DNA of 64,000 nucleotides from an uncultured delta proteobacterium. Its GTDB lineage: Bacteria; Desulfobacterota; Desulfomonilia; UBA1062. Where the stretch lies: the NCBI GenBank assembly GCA_963798485.1, contig CAWCTR010000004.1, positions 224,001 to 288,000 of the forward strand, given 5' to 3'. The first letter of the stretch is position 1. Each line of letters opens with the position of its first letter. Shown here piece by piece: positions 38,259 to 49,645 of this stretch. Below the pieces are notes generated by a model, which was given only the letters and a program-made list of their open reading frames with translations, was not told the origin of the DNA and ran no database searches. Made by a program: the position numbers and the translations under genes.

Positions 38259-39088
38259 TAGAAATCAGAGGACTGACCAAGATCTACGGCGCCATACGCG
38301 CCGTGGATGATATCACCTTGACCATCAAGGAAGGCGAGGTCTTCGGCCTCCTTGGTCCAAATGGGGCAGGTAAGACCACCACTATCCGCATGCTCACGAC
38401 ACTGACGAAACCTGATGCAGGGTCATGTTCTATTTCCGGCCTGGACACCATGCGCGATGCAATGGCGCTCAAGAGTCACTTCGGCGTGGTCCCTCAGGAG
38501 ATCAACCTCGACCGTGAACTCTCTGTCTATGAGAACCTTCTTATTTACGCCATGCTGCACTGCGTTGCCAACCGGGAAAAGGCGATCCGCCAGACCCTGG
38601 AGATGGTCGATCTCTGGGATCGGCGTGAATCACTGGTCTTAAGCCTGTCGGGAGGCATGAAACGCCGTTTGCTCATCGCGCGGGCACTGCTGCCGGGACC
38701 GGCCGTGCTCTTCCTGGATGAGCCTTCCATAGGTCTTGATCCCCAGATCAGACGACAGATGTGGGATGTTATCCGCAAGACCCGAATCGAAGGCCGCACG
38801 GTCGTTATCACCACGCATTATATCGAAGAAGCCGAAGCCTTGTGCGATCGTGTTGGTATCCTGTCGCGAGGCCGTCTGATCGCACTCGATACACCGGCTG
38901 GCCTCAAGAAAAGCGTGGGCGCCTATGTCGTGGAGTTCATCGATGAGATCGGCCGGTTGGTGCAGGAGATCTGTCAGGACAGAGAAGAAGCACATGCGAA
39001 GGCCCAGGTGCAAAACGGCAGTGTGACCGTGCGTAAGTCCAACCTCGAAGACGTATTCGTCAAGTTGACCGGGGAGCGTATAGAATGA
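38255..39088 (+). CDS. ABC-2 type exporter ATPase (NodI/DrrA-like)
   Basis: GLLGPNGAGKTT, LSGGMKRR, FLDEPSIGLDP, TTHYIEEAE, NLEDVFVKLTG. Confidence 0.9.
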   Translation: MIEIRGLTKIYGAIRAVDDITLTIKEGEVFGLLGPNGAGKTTTIRMLTTLTKPDAGSCSISGLDTMRDAMALKSHFGVVPQEINLDRELSVYENLLIYAMLHCVANREKAIRQTLEMVDLWDRRESLVLSLSGGMKRRLLIARALLPGPAVLFLDEPSIGLDPQIRRQMWDVIRKTRIEGRTVVITTHYIEEAEALCDRVGILSRGRLIALDTPAGLKKSVGAYVVEFIDEIGRLVQEICQDREEAHAKAQVQNGSVTVRKSNLEDVFVKLTGERIE

Positions 39089-39831
39089 ACAGAAGCGGCT
39101 GGTATCCTGTTTTCCTGCGTGAGATGCTCCTGTTCCGGCGCAAGCTCCTGAAGCTCGGTTATCTATTTTCCGCCATGATCTCGCCCATCATCTATTTGAT
39201 CGCGTTTGGTTTCGGACTGGGCAGGAAGGTTAATATGGGGGGCATGGATTATCTGAGCTTTCTCATCCCCGGCCTGGTGGCCATGAGCTCCATGAACAAT
39301 TCATATACCTGGGTGGCCAACTCCCTCAACTTGAACCGCCTGTATTTCAAGAACTTCCAGGTCTTTATCCAGGCTCCGGTGAGTTCAGGGGCAATCATGA
39401 TCGGCGAGGTGCTGGCCGGCATGGTCAAGGGGCTCTTCGCCTCGGCCCTGATTATGATCATCGGTCTCATCTTCGCCCCCGGTTTTCATCTGAGCATAAC
39501 GTTCCTCTTTACCCTGCTCCTTAACTGTTTCCTGTTCTCCAACCTGGGGGTGATAACCGGCATGCTCGCCAAGAGCCATGAGGATACGGCCACGTATTCC
39601 AATTTTTTTATCATGCCCATGGCATTCTTCAGTGGCACGTTTTTCACCATCGACAAGATGCCGGGTGTGCTCAAGGCAGTGGTATATTGCCTACCGCTTA
39701 CCCATACCAATATCCTGATCAGAAAAACTAGCCTCGATCTGGAGGCGTTGATTTCTCTCACGGTCCTGATCATCTGCGCCCTGGTGTTTTTCCTCTATGG
39801 CTCACGGTTGATCAGGAATTACAGCGAGTAA
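39085..39831 (+). CDS. ABC-2 type exporter permease (NodJ/DrrB-like)
   Basis: DYLSFLIPGLVAM, PMAFFSGTFF, LPLTH; about 6 TM helices. Confidence 0.88.
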   Translation: MNRSGWYPVFLREMLLFRRKLLKLGYLFSAMISPIIYLIAFGFGLGRKVNMGGMDYLSFLIPGLVAMSSMNNSYTWVANSLNLNRLYFKNFQVFIQAPVSSGAIMIGEVLAGMVKGLFASALIMIIGLIFAPGFHLSITFLFTLLLNCFLFSNLGVITGMLAKSHEDTATYSNFFIMPMAFFSGTFFTIDKMPGVLKAVVYCLPLTHTNILIRKTSLDLEALISLTVLIICALVFFLYGSRLIRNYSE

Positions 39832-39845
39832 GGAAGAAGAAAACT

Positions 39846-42800
39846 ATGAAAATAGTCACCATCATGTGGGCCAGTTACCTGCCGCTTATGCAAGAGACTG
39901 CAGCACAACTGGATATCGAGCTTCAGGCCTATTCCACCAAACAGCTTACGACCTATCCAGAGCTTGTCCATGACGCCCTAGTAAAACTGCAACAGGCGGA
40001 TACGATCCTCTTGTGGCGCACGAATGACGCCTTCTGGGAAGAGCTTGAGCCGGAGCTGCGATCCTTGCGGGAACGTATCCCGCTTATCGTGGTCAGTGGT
40101 GACCCATCCACCTGGGCACTCTCTACACTCAACCCTGAGATTATCGCCACGGTTTACCGTTATATATTGCTCAATGGCCGGGCAAACATGGAAAACATGT
40201 TCCGCTATCTGCTGAACTCGCTCTTCGATTCGACCATAAAGTATGCTGCACCTGAGGAGGTTGCCTGGCAGGGCATCCATCATCCGGGCCTGGGTGAGGT
40301 TTTCCAGACCACGGAAGATTACCTCACATGTTACCGCAACCACCTCTCCTTCACCCCGCAGGCCTATGTCGGTCTACTCTATCCGCGCACCAACTGGGTC
40401 AGTGGTAACCTGGCAGTGGAAAGCGCCCTGATCGCCAACCTGGAGGCCCTGGGTCTGGGCGTCATCCCGATCTTTCTCTATGCACTAAAGGACAAGGCTT
40501 TAGGAAATCTTAGCGGTGTGGAGGTGATCGAGCGCTATCTCATGCAGGACAGCCGGGTCCTGGTGAATAGTATCATCAAGCTCACAGCCTTTTTCCTGGC
40601 CAATACCCGCGGCGGTATTAAACAAAGCGAGGCCACTGATGGAGCAAAGCTTCTGAAGAGGCTTAATATCCCGCTTTTCGCACCGGTCATCTCCTATTAC
40701 AAAGACCCGGAAGCATGGCTGAACGACCCGAATGGTCTGGGATCACAGGTGGCTTGGAGCATTGCCATGCCAGAGTTCGAGGGAGTGATCGAACCTATGG
40801 TGGTGGGCGCCACCCATGGTATTGCCCAGCCGGAAGGGGAAACCTATGTACCACTACCTGAGCGTATCAAAAAACTGGCAAGCCGTGTAGCGGCCTGGGT
40901 GAGACTCTGTGGCAAGCCAAACCATGAAAAAAGAGTGGCCCTTATCCTTCACAATAACCCTTGTGCCTCGGTGGAAGCTACAGTCGGTGCCGGGGCACAC
41001 CTTGATACGCTCGAAAGTGTTGCGGATATCCTGAAAAAGCTTGAGGCCCTGGGTTACCAGGTAAACCCGCCCGCTGATGGAAAGGCCCTGATCGATGAAA
41101 TCATGGGGAAAAAAGCCATCTCGGAATTCCGCTGGACTACGGTGGACGAAATCGTAGCCAAGGGCGGCACGCTTGATCTGATAACCACAGAAACGTACCT
41201 GAGCTGGTTTGAGGAACTCCCCCCTTCAAAGCGTGAACATATGTGCCAGGCCTGGGGCAACCCTCCCGGTGAAGCTAAAGACGGCATCCCTCCTGCCATG
41301 GTCCATGAGGGCCGCATCGCAATTACTGGTGTGAGCTTTGGTAATGCCGTGGTATGTGTGCAGCCCAAACGCGGGTGCGCAGGACCGCGCTGCGACGGCG
41401 AGGTCTGCAAGATTCTGCACGATCCGGCTGTGCCGCCGCCGCACCAGTACGTGGCTACCTACAAGTGGCTTTCCCGTGTGTTCGGAGCCGACGCGATCAT
41501 CCATGTAGGTACGCATGGCAACATGGAATTTCTGCCTGGCAAGGCCACTGGCCTCTCCAGCGGCTGCTTACCGGATATCAGCATCGATACCATGCCCCAC
41601 CTCTACATCTATAATGCAGATAATCCGCCGGAGGGCATAATAGCCAAGCGCCGAGCGAACGCCGTATTGGTGGACCATTTGCAGACCGTCATGGTACAGG
41701 GCGAATTCTACGGCGACTTGGACCAGACCGCACGTTTGCTGGAGGAATATGCTAAATATCAACACACCGAGCCTGCCAAGGCGCACACCATAAGTCATAT
41801 GATCATGGAGAAGGTCAAGACTCTCAACCTCCTGGACGGCCGGACCGAGCTTACCCATGCGAATTTTCCGGAGATGCTTGGTGTGATCCATGAGAGGCTC
41901 TCACTACTCAAGAACACCACCATCCCCAAGGGCATGCACCTCTTTGGCCACTTGCCGGAAGGCGAGAAGCTCGTGGATTTCATCTATGCCATCATGCGTT
42001 ATGAAACCGGGCCTGAGTCCCTGCGGGGGGTTGTCTCGGGCCTCCTGCAGCGACTGTCAACATTGGAAGACGAGGCCCTGCGGGACAAGACTGAGGCCCT
42101 GGCAAGGGATATGTGCCGGGCGTATGTCCTGAGCGGAACACCACTGGATGTTACGCTTGGGATGGACTATCGGCCTTTGCCCGATGACGTTATGAAAGTC
42201 CGGACCTTGGAAGAAGAGATCAGCAAGATCATGGCAGACGTGCAGGCCAGTGATGAGATGGGTTCGCTCATAAATGGTCTCACCGGAGGATTTATTGAAC
42301 CAGGGCCGTCTGGACTTATCACCCGAGGCCGGGCTGACATTCTTCCCACGGGCCGCAATTTCTATGCCCTTGACCCGCAGCGCATCCCCTCTCCAGCGGC
42401 TTGGATGATCGGGAAGAAGCTGGCCGATAGTACTCTAGCCAAATACCTGGAGGAAGAAGGGTCATATCCGGAGAACATCGCCTTTTACTGGCAATGCTCG
42501 GATATCATGTGGGCAGATGGTGAGGGGCTTGCCCAGATGATGTATCTCCTGGGTGCCAAACCCCTCTGGCAGGAAAACGGTCGATGCAAAGGCTATGAAA
42601 TCATGGCGCAGGCCGAGCTGGGACGCCCGCGTATCGATATTACGGTCAGGGTCTCGGGCATAACGCGAGACAATTTCCCGGCAACGATCGACATGCTGGA
42701 TTCCGTCGTGCAGTCTGTGGCAATTCTGGATGAACCGCTGGAACAGAATTTTATCCGCAAGCACACTTTGGAGCGCCTTGGGCAGAACACAATAACGGAC

Positions 42801-43640
42801 AGCGAGGCCCTGCGCCAGGCCACCTACCGGATCTTTGCCAGCCAGCCCGGTACGTATCAGGCCGGCACCCAACTGGCCGTATATGCATCGGCCTGGAAGA
42901 CCGAGCAGGACCTAACAGATGTATTCCTGTATTGGAACGGCTATGCCTATGGCAAGGGCAGTTTTGGGGTCAGCGCACATGCAAGCTTGAAGGAAAACCT
43001 CAAGACCGTAGTTTTAAGCTTCAACAAGACCGTAACAGACGAGTATGACCTTACCGGGTGCTGCTGCTACTTTGGTGCGCACGGTGGGATGATCAATGCC
43101 GCCCAGCTGGTCTCGGGCCGTAAGATCCGCAATTACTACGGCGATACCCGTGAACAGGATCAGGTCAGTGTGCGCACGCTCTCCGATGAACTCAGGCGCA
43201 TAGCGCGAGCCAAGATCCTCAACCCTGTCTGGATTGAGGGTATGAAGGAACACGGCTATAAGGGTGCCAGTGAGATCAGTAAGCGTGTAGGCCGACTCTA
43301 TGGCTGGCAGGCCACTACCAAGGCTGTGGATGGTACGGTCTTTGATGATATCACCCGCACTTTCATGATGGACAAGGAGAATCGTGCGTTTTTCGAGGCC
43401 AACAATCCCTGGGCGCTTGAGGAGCTTTCGCGTCGTCTGATCGAGGCCGCCGAGCGCGGCCTATGGGAGCCTGCCGCGGATGTAAAGCAGGCCCTCAAGC
43501 AAGTCTATGTCGAGATCGAAGGCTGGATTGAAGAGCGCATGGGTGAGGTCCATGGCGAGTTCCAGGGCGGTAGCGTGGATATCATCACCAGCGATCAAGT
43601 CTCGACCTGGAAAAAGAAGATGCAGGAGGTACTTTCATGA
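39846..43640 (+). CDS. cobN: CobN/ChlH family class I chelatase large subunit, Cys-rich variant
   Basis: 1264 aa; [48 protein letters not shown]; extra [11 protein letters not shown] and GCCCY motifs. Metal specificity unknown. Confidence 0.9.
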   Translation: MKIVTIMWASYLPLMQETAAQLDIELQAYSTKQLTTYPELVHDALVKLQQADTILLWRTNDAFWEELEPELRSLRERIPLIVVSGDPSTWALSTLNPEIIATVYRYILLNGRANMENMFRYLLNSLFDSTIKYAAPEEVAWQGIHHPGLGEVFQTTEDYLTCYRNHLSFTPQAYVGLLYPRTNWVSGNLAVESALIANLEALGLGVIPIFLYALKDKALGNLSGVEVIERYLMQDSRVLVNSIIKLTAFFLANTRGGIKQSEATDGAKLLKRLNIPLFAPVISYYKDPEAWLNDPNGLGSQVAWSIAMPEFEGVIEPMVVGATHGIAQPEGETYVPLPERIKKLASRVAAWVRLCGKPNHEKRVALILHNNPCASVEATVGAGAHLDTLESVADILKKLEALGYQVNPPADGKALIDEIMGKKAISEFRWTTVDEIVAKGGTLDLITTETYLSWFEELPPSKREHMCQAWGNPPGEAKDGIPPAMVHEGRIAITGVSFGNAVVCVQPKRGCAGPRCDGEVCKILHDPAVPPPHQYVATYKWLSRVFGADAIIHVGTHGNMEFLPGKATGLSSGCLPDISIDTMPHLYIYNADNPPEGIIAKRRANAVLVDHLQTVMVQGEFYGDLDQTARLLEEYAKYQHTEPAKAHTISHMIMEKVKTLNLLDGRTELTHANFPEMLGVIHERLSLLKNTTIPKGMHLFGHLPEGEKLVDFIYAIMRYETGPESLRGVVSGLLQRLSTLEDEALRDKTEALARDMCRAYVLSGTPLDVTLGMDYRPLPDDVMKVRTLEEEISKIMADVQASDEMGSLINGLTGGFIEPGPSGLITRGRADILPTGRNFYALDPQRIPSPAAWMIGKKLADSTLAKYLEEEGSYPENIAFYWQCSDIMWADGEGLAQMMYLLGAKPLWQENGRCKGYEIMAQAELGRPRIDITVRVSGITRDNFPATIDMLDSVVQSVAILDEPLEQNFIRKHTLERLGQNTITDSEALRQATYRIFASQPGTYQAGTQLAVYASAWKTEQDLTDVFLYWNGYAYGKGSFGVSAHASLKENLKTVVLSFNKTVTDEYDLTGCCCYFGAHGGMINAAQLVSGRKIRNYYGDTREQDQVSVRTLSDELRRIARAKILNPVWIEGMKEHGYKGASEISKRVGRLYGWQATTKAVDGTVFDDITRTFMMDKENRAFFEANNPWALEELSRRLIEAAERGLWEPAADVKQALKQVYVEIEGWIEERMGEVHGEFQGGSVDIITSDQVSTWKKKMQEVLS

Positions 43641-44647
43641 TTTTCCCCTTGAGTGCAATCGTGGGCCAGGAAGAGATGAAGACCGGTCTGATCGTCAACG
43701 TCATAGATCCATCCATTGGCGGGCTTCTGATCATGGGCGAAAAAGGCACAGCCAAGAGCACGGCGGTTCGAGCTCTTGCCGATCTTCTACCCGAGATGCA
43801 GTCTGTGGCAGACTGCCCCTTTTCCTGCAATCCTGATGATTTTCTATGTACCCGTTGCAGGAATGCAGCCGCTACCGGGGTTGGTCTTAAACGCTCAACT
43901 AAGCGCATGCGGGTGGTCGAACTACCGCTAGGTATCACCGAAGACCGGCTGGTGGGCACGCTCGATATCGAACATGCCATCCAGAAAGGAGAAAAACGCT
44001 TCGAGCCAGGACTCCTGGCAGAGGCCAACCGCAACTTCCTCTACGTGGACGAAGTCAATCTGCTGGAAGACCATATCGTGGATCTGCTGCTGGATTCGGC
44101 TGCAATGGGAGTCAACACGGTCGAGCGCGAAGGGGTCTCATTCACCCACCCGGCACGCTTCATCCTGGTGGGCACCATGAACCCCGAGGAGGGTGACTTA
44201 CGACCACAACTTCTGGACCGCTTCGGGTTATGCGTAAATGTACACGGGTTGACTGATAAGGCCTTGCGGGTGGAAATCCTCAAGCGTAAGGCTGCTTTCG
44301 ATGCCGATCTTGAAGCTTTTGCTCAGCAGTGGGTGGATGAGCAGACCCGGCTTGCAGAGCAGATCATTCACGCCCAGCAGCGACTGAAATCCCTTCCTGT
44401 AGGCGATGAAGTTCTGGAGCATATTGTGGATATCACCACGAGCTTAAATCTTGATGGCCATCGTGCGGACATCGTAATTATGAAGACCGCTCGGGCTTTG
44501 TGTGCATTGCGTGACAAGAAGGGCATTGATGGCGAGGACATCCGTGAGGCTGCTTCACTGGCATTGGGCCACCGCCTGAAGCGGCTGCCATTTGAGGAGA
44601 TGGGCGCAGGTGATGCCAAGCTGAAGAAAGTCCTGGCAGGAATATAA
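43637..44647 (+). CDS. Chelatase AAA+ ATPase subunit (ChlI/BchI-like)
   Basis: [47 protein letters not shown]; CPFSC...CTRC insert. Confidence 0.92.
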   Translation: MIFPLSAIVGQEEMKTGLIVNVIDPSIGGLLIMGEKGTAKSTAVRALADLLPEMQSVADCPFSCNPDDFLCTRCRNAAATGVGLKRSTKRMRVVELPLGITEDRLVGTLDIEHAIQKGEKRFEPGLLAEANRNFLYVDEVNLLEDHIVDLLLDSAAMGVNTVEREGVSFTHPARFILVGTMNPEEGDLRPQLLDRFGLCVNVHGLTDKALRVEILKRKAAFDADLEAFAQQWVDEQTRLAEQIIHAQQRLKSLPVGDEVLEHIVDITTSLNLDGHRADIVIMKTARALCALRDKKGIDGEDIREAASLALGHRLKRLPFEEMGAGDAKLKKVLAGI

Positions 44648-44700
44648 CCCTATGAGGACAACGGGAACGCCCAACGTAGTGAGCGAGGATACTCAGAACA

Positions 44701-46680
44701 ATGAACTTCACTGATTTCATCGGGCATGAGGATGCCAAACTGGCCCTCATCTTGAACGCCATTGATCTAAAATGCGGCGGAGTTCTCTTCATCGGGTCCA
44801 AGGGATGCGGAAAATCCTCGCTCGCCCGACTTCTGCCCGATATTCTTGACGCAGGGGCTCCTTTTGTCGAGCTGCCGCTGAACATCACCGAGGACTCCCT
44901 CTTGGGTGGCATCGCCCTCGAACAGACTATTGTCTCCGGTCAAAAAAAGCTGCAGCCGGGCATCTTAAGCCGCGTAAACGGCGGCGTACTGCATATCGAT
45001 GACGTAAATCTGCTTAATCTGGATATCATGGCCCATATCCTGGAGGTGCATGGCCGGGGTTCACAGGTGATCGAACGCGAGGGATTATCAGAACGATGTA
45101 CCTCACGATTCATCATTGTGGCCGGTATGAACCCGGAATCGGGAGCTCTTTCGCTCCACCTGCTGGACCGCTTCGGCCTGTGCGTTCTCTGGGAAACATT
45201 GAGCGATAAAGCAGAACGTATTGCCGTCATGAAGAGCTCAACTCCGACCCTTTGGCCTGCAAATAATGCGATAAAATCCAATCAATCCTATTTCATGAGA
45301 GCTATTCCACCAACTCCATCTATGCCTATCCCTCTCCAGCAAGAGGATAGAGTAAAAGATTCCCAACTCCAGCAAGGTTATCTGACCCGAGTCATTGGTA
45401 ATGATCTGGCTGCACTCAAGGCCAGGATAGCTGTGGCACGTTCAAGGCTGGAACACATTGTAATTAACGATACGATCCGTGCCTATATCGCCGAGCTTTG
45501 CCTAAGGGCTGCCATCAGCGGCCACCGGGGCGATATCCACTTGTTGTATGCTGCTCGGGCCTATGCAGCTTGGCAGGGGCAACCAGAAGTCAGCCAAACT
45601 GATGTAGATTCGGTAGTGCACCTGGTGCTAAGCCACCGGCAGCGGCATGTGACGGAACCTGAACATGAACATTCCCACCCCTCACTTAAGGATCAGCCAA
45701 ACAACGAGAAACAGGACCAGCAAGACCGAGAAAATGCGCCGCTGGAGGTGGCATCGCCGCAGGAGACTCAGCCTGATGACGCCACCCCCCTGGATACCAG
45801 CCCGCAGGAACGCCCATCTCATCCCCGCGAAGAGGTGCATGTTACGGGTGAGGTATTCAAGACCAGGCGCCTGGTATTTCGTAAGGACTGCATCAAGCGC
45901 AACTCTTCTGGCCGCCGTACAAAGACCATGAGTAAGGATATGGGTGGCCGGTACGTGAAAAGCACACCCCGAGGCAAACAGGACGTGGCCATCGACGCCA
46001 CGCTGCGCGCAGCAGCTCTGTTTCAGAGTGTACGCGGTCGGACAGGCCGGCTTATCATTAAGGAGGAAGACCTGCGGTACAAACAGCGTGAAAAACGGAT
46101 GGGCCATCTCGTGATCTTCGTAGTGGACGGTTCCGGTTCTATGGGCGCGAGAGCACGTATGAGCGCCGCTAAGGGTGCGGTGCAATCGCTGCTGGCAGAT
46201 TGCTACCAGCGCCGAGACAAGGTGGCCATGATCGTCTTCCGGAAGGACCGGGCCGAGGTCGTCCTCTCGCCTACCGCCAGTGTGGCGCTAGCCACCCGGA
46301 GGCTCACGGAAATTCCCGTAGGTGGTAAGACCCCGCTAGCCTCAGGTCTCTTGGAGGCCTATCGGCTTATCCAACGTGTGGCTATGAAATCCCCGGAAAC
46401 GCGTTTTTTGCTCACCCTTATCACGGATGGTCGCGCCAATCACGGTCTTGGTGAGGAAGATATGGCTCGGGAACTAGCTCAGCTCACCAATTTGCTTGCT
46501 CATGCACCGTCCGCAGACAGCATCGTGATCGACACTGAGGACAAGTCCGGCCTGATGCGTATGGATCTGGCCGCCGGACTCGCCGCACAGCTCCAGGCGG
46601 ATTATTATATCATCGATAGTTTGAAAGCCGATTACCTTGCCGGAATTGTGCAGATGAAAATGTCCGGCAAGGAGCAATAA
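44701..46680 (+). CDS. Chelatase ChlD/BchD-like subunit (AAA + vWA)
   Basis: GSKGCGKS, degenerate AAA, acidic/Pro linker, vWA MIDAS VVDGSGSM, GGKTPLA, ITDGRAN. Confidence 0.9.
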   Translation: MNFTDFIGHEDAKLALILNAIDLKCGGVLFIGSKGCGKSSLARLLPDILDAGAPFVELPLNITEDSLLGGIALEQTIVSGQKKLQPGILSRVNGGVLHIDDVNLLNLDIMAHILEVHGRGSQVIEREGLSERCTSRFIIVAGMNPESGALSLHLLDRFGLCVLWETLSDKAERIAVMKSSTPTLWPANNAIKSNQSYFMRAIPPTPSMPIPLQQEDRVKDSQLQQGYLTRVIGNDLAALKARIAVARSRLEHIVINDTIRAYIAELCLRAAISGHRGDIHLLYAARAYAAWQGQPEVSQTDVDSVVHLVLSHRQRHVTEPEHEHSHPSLKDQPNNEKQDQQDRENAPLEVASPQETQPDDATPLDTSPQERPSHPREEVHVTGEVFKTRRLVFRKDCIKRNSSGRRTKTMSKDMGGRYVKSTPRGKQDVAIDATLRAAALFQSVRGRTGRLIIKEEDLRYKQREKRMGHLVIFVVDGSGSMGARARMSAAKGAVQSLLADCYQRRDKVAMIVFRKDRAEVVLSPTASVALATRRLTEIPVGGKTPLASGLLEAYRLIQRVAMKSPETRFLLTLITDGRANHGLGEEDMARELAQLTNLLAHAPSADSIVIDTEDKSGLMRMDLAAGLAAQLQADYYIIDSLKADYLAGIVQMKMSGKEQ

Positions 46681-46839
46681 GACTTCGATCCTGTACCCTT
46701 ACCAGGTCGGATGCCCTGATTGTCTGTGAGCTTTCATAGATTGGTGCAACCTTAGCTGTTTTTGTGAACCAGATAAAAGTAAATATAGCCCCACAAGCTC
46801 TTAATGTATAGCTCCCGTGGGGAATTATGACCCTCATCT

Positions 46840-48168
46840 TCAAATCTTTCGATTGTAGATACGCCGGTAGTCTTTCTTGAGATTGTCTCTGAAGTTCGGG
46901 TGAGCGATCTTGATAAGAGATTTTGCCCGATCCGGAAGTGATTTGCCTCGTAAGTCTGCACTACCGTATTCAGTGACCACATAGTGAATGTCGCTCCTGG
47001 TAGTGGTTACAATGGCGCCTTCATCTATATGAGGAACGATACGTGATATTTTTCCGCCTGTTGTTGTGGAATGAAATGCCAGGATGGAGCGGCCACCTTG
47101 TGACCATGATGCTCCTCTAACGAAGTCCGCTTGCCCTCCTGTAGCACTGAACTGCTTATAACCAATGGACTCCGAGACCGCCTGGCCCGTGAGATCAACC
47201 TGAAGGGTCGAATTGATGGAAACCATATTGTCGTTCCGTGCAATGTTGGCAGGGTTGTTCGTGATGTGTACAGGGAACATATGGACCATGGGGTTGTTAT
47301 GCACGAACCGGTATAGTTTCTCGGTGCCCATGAAAAAGGTTGCCACCATCTTCCCGGGGTGAAAATTCTTCCGTGCACAAGTGATAACTCCGGCCTCCAC
47401 CAGGTCCACAACTCCATCGGAGAACATTTCAGTATGGATACCCAGGTCTTTCTTGTTCATGAGGAACCGCAGGATAGCATCCGGCATAGAGCCAATACCC
47501 AATTGCAGACAATCGCCATCCTTAATGAGTTCGGCGCAATACCTGCCAATCTTCTCATCGCTGTCGGTGATCTCGGGTGGTTGCATGATAACGGGTTTGG
47601 AGTTGCACTCCACCATGTAGTCAATCTTTGAAACATGAATAAATGAATCGCCCAGAGTCCTGGGCATATGTGGTGTCACCTCTGCAATCACCAATTTGGA
47701 GCTCTCTGCAGCAGACTTGGTATAATCGACCGAAACCCCGAAAGAGCAGTAACCGTGCTCATCCGGTGGTGAGACCATGCACATGGTTACGTCCACCGGC
47801 AGGATTCTCTCAGTGAAAAGCCTGGGGACCTGGCTGAAATGGGACACCGTGAAAATGGCTCTTCCGTCATGGATGGCCTTGCGTGTACTGGCACCCGCAA
47901 ACAGTGAGTTGTGGATGAAATGACCCTCCATTTCCGGGAGGCAGTACTCGGATACACCCATGGAATCCATGTCTACGATCTCCACTTTCTTGTAGGCATC
48001 CTTGTTGCTAACGAGGGTCTTCAGGAGCAACTCTGGTGATCCGCCTAAATGGCCCACAACTACACGGTCACCGCTTTTGACGTGACTGACGGCCTCTTCC
48101 GCGCTTACTACTCTACTCTTGTATGTCTCCCTCCAACATTTCATGGTGCGCTCCTTGTTCCCGGTCAT
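46840..48168 (-). CDS. Acetyl-CoA hydrolase/transferase (4-hydroxybutyrate CoA-transferase-like)
   Basis: LQLGIGSMPDA, LGIHTEMFSDG (catalytic Glu), GGQADF, VVTEYG. Confidence 0.9.
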   Translation of the reverse strand: MTGNKERTMKCWRETYKSRVVSAEEAVSHVKSGDRVVVGHLGGSPELLLKTLVSNKDAYKKVEIVDMDSMGVSEYCLPEMEGHFIHNSLFAGASTRKAIHDGRAIFTVSHFSQVPRLFTERILPVDVTMCMVSPPDEHGYCSFGVSVDYTKSAAESSKLVIAEVTPHMPRTLGDSFIHVSKIDYMVECNSKPVIMQPPEITDSDEKIGRYCAELIKDGDCLQLGIGSMPDAILRFLMNKKDLGIHTEMFSDGVVDLVEAGVITCARKNFHPGKMVATFFMGTEKLYRFVHNNPMVHMFPVHITNNPANIARNDNMVSINSTLQVDLTGQAVSESIGYKQFSATGGQADFVRGASWSQGGRSILAFHSTTTGGKISRIVPHIDEGAIVTTTRSDIHYVVTEYGSADLRGKSLPDRAKSLIKIAHPNFRDNLKKDYRRIYNRKI

Positions 48169-48305
48169 GTTGTGTCAGGGATCGGCGATTCGAAATGCGT
48201 CTCACTAGAATCCTTTCTTCTGTGGAGCAACATAGATCAGGTCAAACAGTTCGCTCGGAGCTCATTTGTATGTGCGATATTGCCTCTTTGCCATGTTTGA
48301 GGAGT

Positions 48306-48671
48306 CTATACATACCTTATTGCCCGTCGAATAACAATCCCTTTAGCGATCATCACCATGCCAATGAGACTCACTACGCACACAAGCACTATCAGCCAAA
48401 TCGAGGAACCCATTAACACAAAAATCCCGCATAAAAGCACGAGAATCCCGGCTAATAGATGAAGGCTATAGGATTGATGCCAAATGATCTGCTTTGTAAT
48501 ATTGTGACACGCATATGGGGTTATAAACCTCTGCCTTAGGTACCCTGCCACAGCCACATGGTCCCCATCATTCACAATAGGCTGTTCTCCTGTGGGCACA
48601 TTCACAAAGCAGTCGCCAACCTTGAATAGACCCCTCTGCGCAGCAGAGAAGATACCTTCTCGCTTTTCCAC
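48306..48671 (-). CDS. Hypothetical membrane protein
   Basis: 121 aa with two C-terminal TM helices; abuts the trbB stop. Confidence 0.5.
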   Translation of the reverse strand: MEKREGIFSAAQRGLFKVGDCFVNVPTGEQPIVNDGDHVAVAGYLRQRFITPYACHNITKQIIWHQSYSLHLLAGILVLLCGIFVLMGSSIWLIVLVCVVSLIGMVMIAKGIVIRRAIRYV

Positions 48672-49628
48672 TTACCCCTCCAAAAATCTCAACACATAAT
48701 CATCATCCCTGCAACCTTCAACCATGGCAATGCTCTCAACTTTTCTGCTCCGACCTTCCCTCTTGATGTACACAAGGACATTTACTGTTGCAGCGATCAG
48801 GCTCCGTGGCACTCCGGGTACAACCTCCTGAACCAGTTGCTCTATCCGAATGAGTCCTTCCCTCGGACCATTCGCATGAATAGTGCATAACCCTCCTGGA
48901 TGGCCTGTGTTCCAAGCTTTCAATAGGCCCAAGGCCTCCCCTCCTCGCACCTCTCCAACAATGATACGGTCAGGCCGCAAGCGCATGGTTGCCTTGAGCA
49001 AGGAAGTGATATCCGCAGCATCACAGGTCCTCAGAGAGACACAATCCTTAACCTCGCACTGAAGTTCAAGGGTATCTTCTATGAGCACAATACGATCCTC
49101 GTATCGAGCTATCTCAGCCAGAATGGCATTGGCCAAGGTAGTCTTTCCAGAACCGGTCCCGCCGACGACCAATATGTTCTGCTTATCCTTGACCGCTTCT
49201 TTCAGGAAGTCGGCAGCTTCCCCGGTCATGATTCCCTGGCTCACATAATTATCCAGGGTGTAAACCATAAGGGCCTTTTTACGAATTGTTATAGTCGGCC
49301 TTTCCACCACCGGCGGAAGCATCCCCTGAAACCGTTCTCCTGATCCCGGAAGCTCTGCAGAGAGAATAGGGTTATCCGCATTGCATATGGTGTTCGTCTT
49401 CGAGCTGACTATTCGTATGATCCGCTCAGCATCAGCAGCGCCCATGTCCTGACCTGTATAGGACCGTCCGGTACTTAACCGGTCAACCCACAGACAACCA
49501 TCAGGATTGAGCATAATCTCGATCACATCTTTATCCTGCATAAGATCCTGAATAGTTGGGCCGAAGGAGCTCGTGAGCATGTCATAGACCCTACTGTTCA
49601 TTTGCTGTTCACGTTTCCTAAAGTCCAT
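48672..49628 (-). CDS. trbB: P-type conjugative transfer ATPase TrbB (VirB11)
   Basis: [47 protein letters not shown]. Confidence 0.93.
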   Translation of the reverse strand: MDFRKREQQMNSRVYDMLTSSFGPTIQDLMQDKDVIEIMLNPDGCLWVDRLSTGRSYTGQDMGAADAERIIRIVSSKTNTICNADNPILSAELPGSGERFQGMLPPVVERPTITIRKKALMVYTLDNYVSQGIMTGEAADFLKEAVKDKQNILVVGGTGSGKTTLANAILAEIARYEDRIVLIEDTLELQCEVKDCVSLRTCDAADITSLLKATMRLRPDRIIVGEVRGGEALGLLKAWNTGHPGGLCTIHANGPREGLIRIEQLVQEVVPGVPRSLIAATVNVLVYIKREGRSRKVESIAMVEGCRDDDYVLRFLEG

Positions 49629-49645
49629 GTGAGTAGCTCCTTTTT

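Noticed and set aside
39846-46680. Reading cobN/chlI/chlD as chlorophyll or de novo aerobic B12 synthesis
   Set aside because: No bch/chl or cob/cbi pathway genes nearby; the context is uptake and export.
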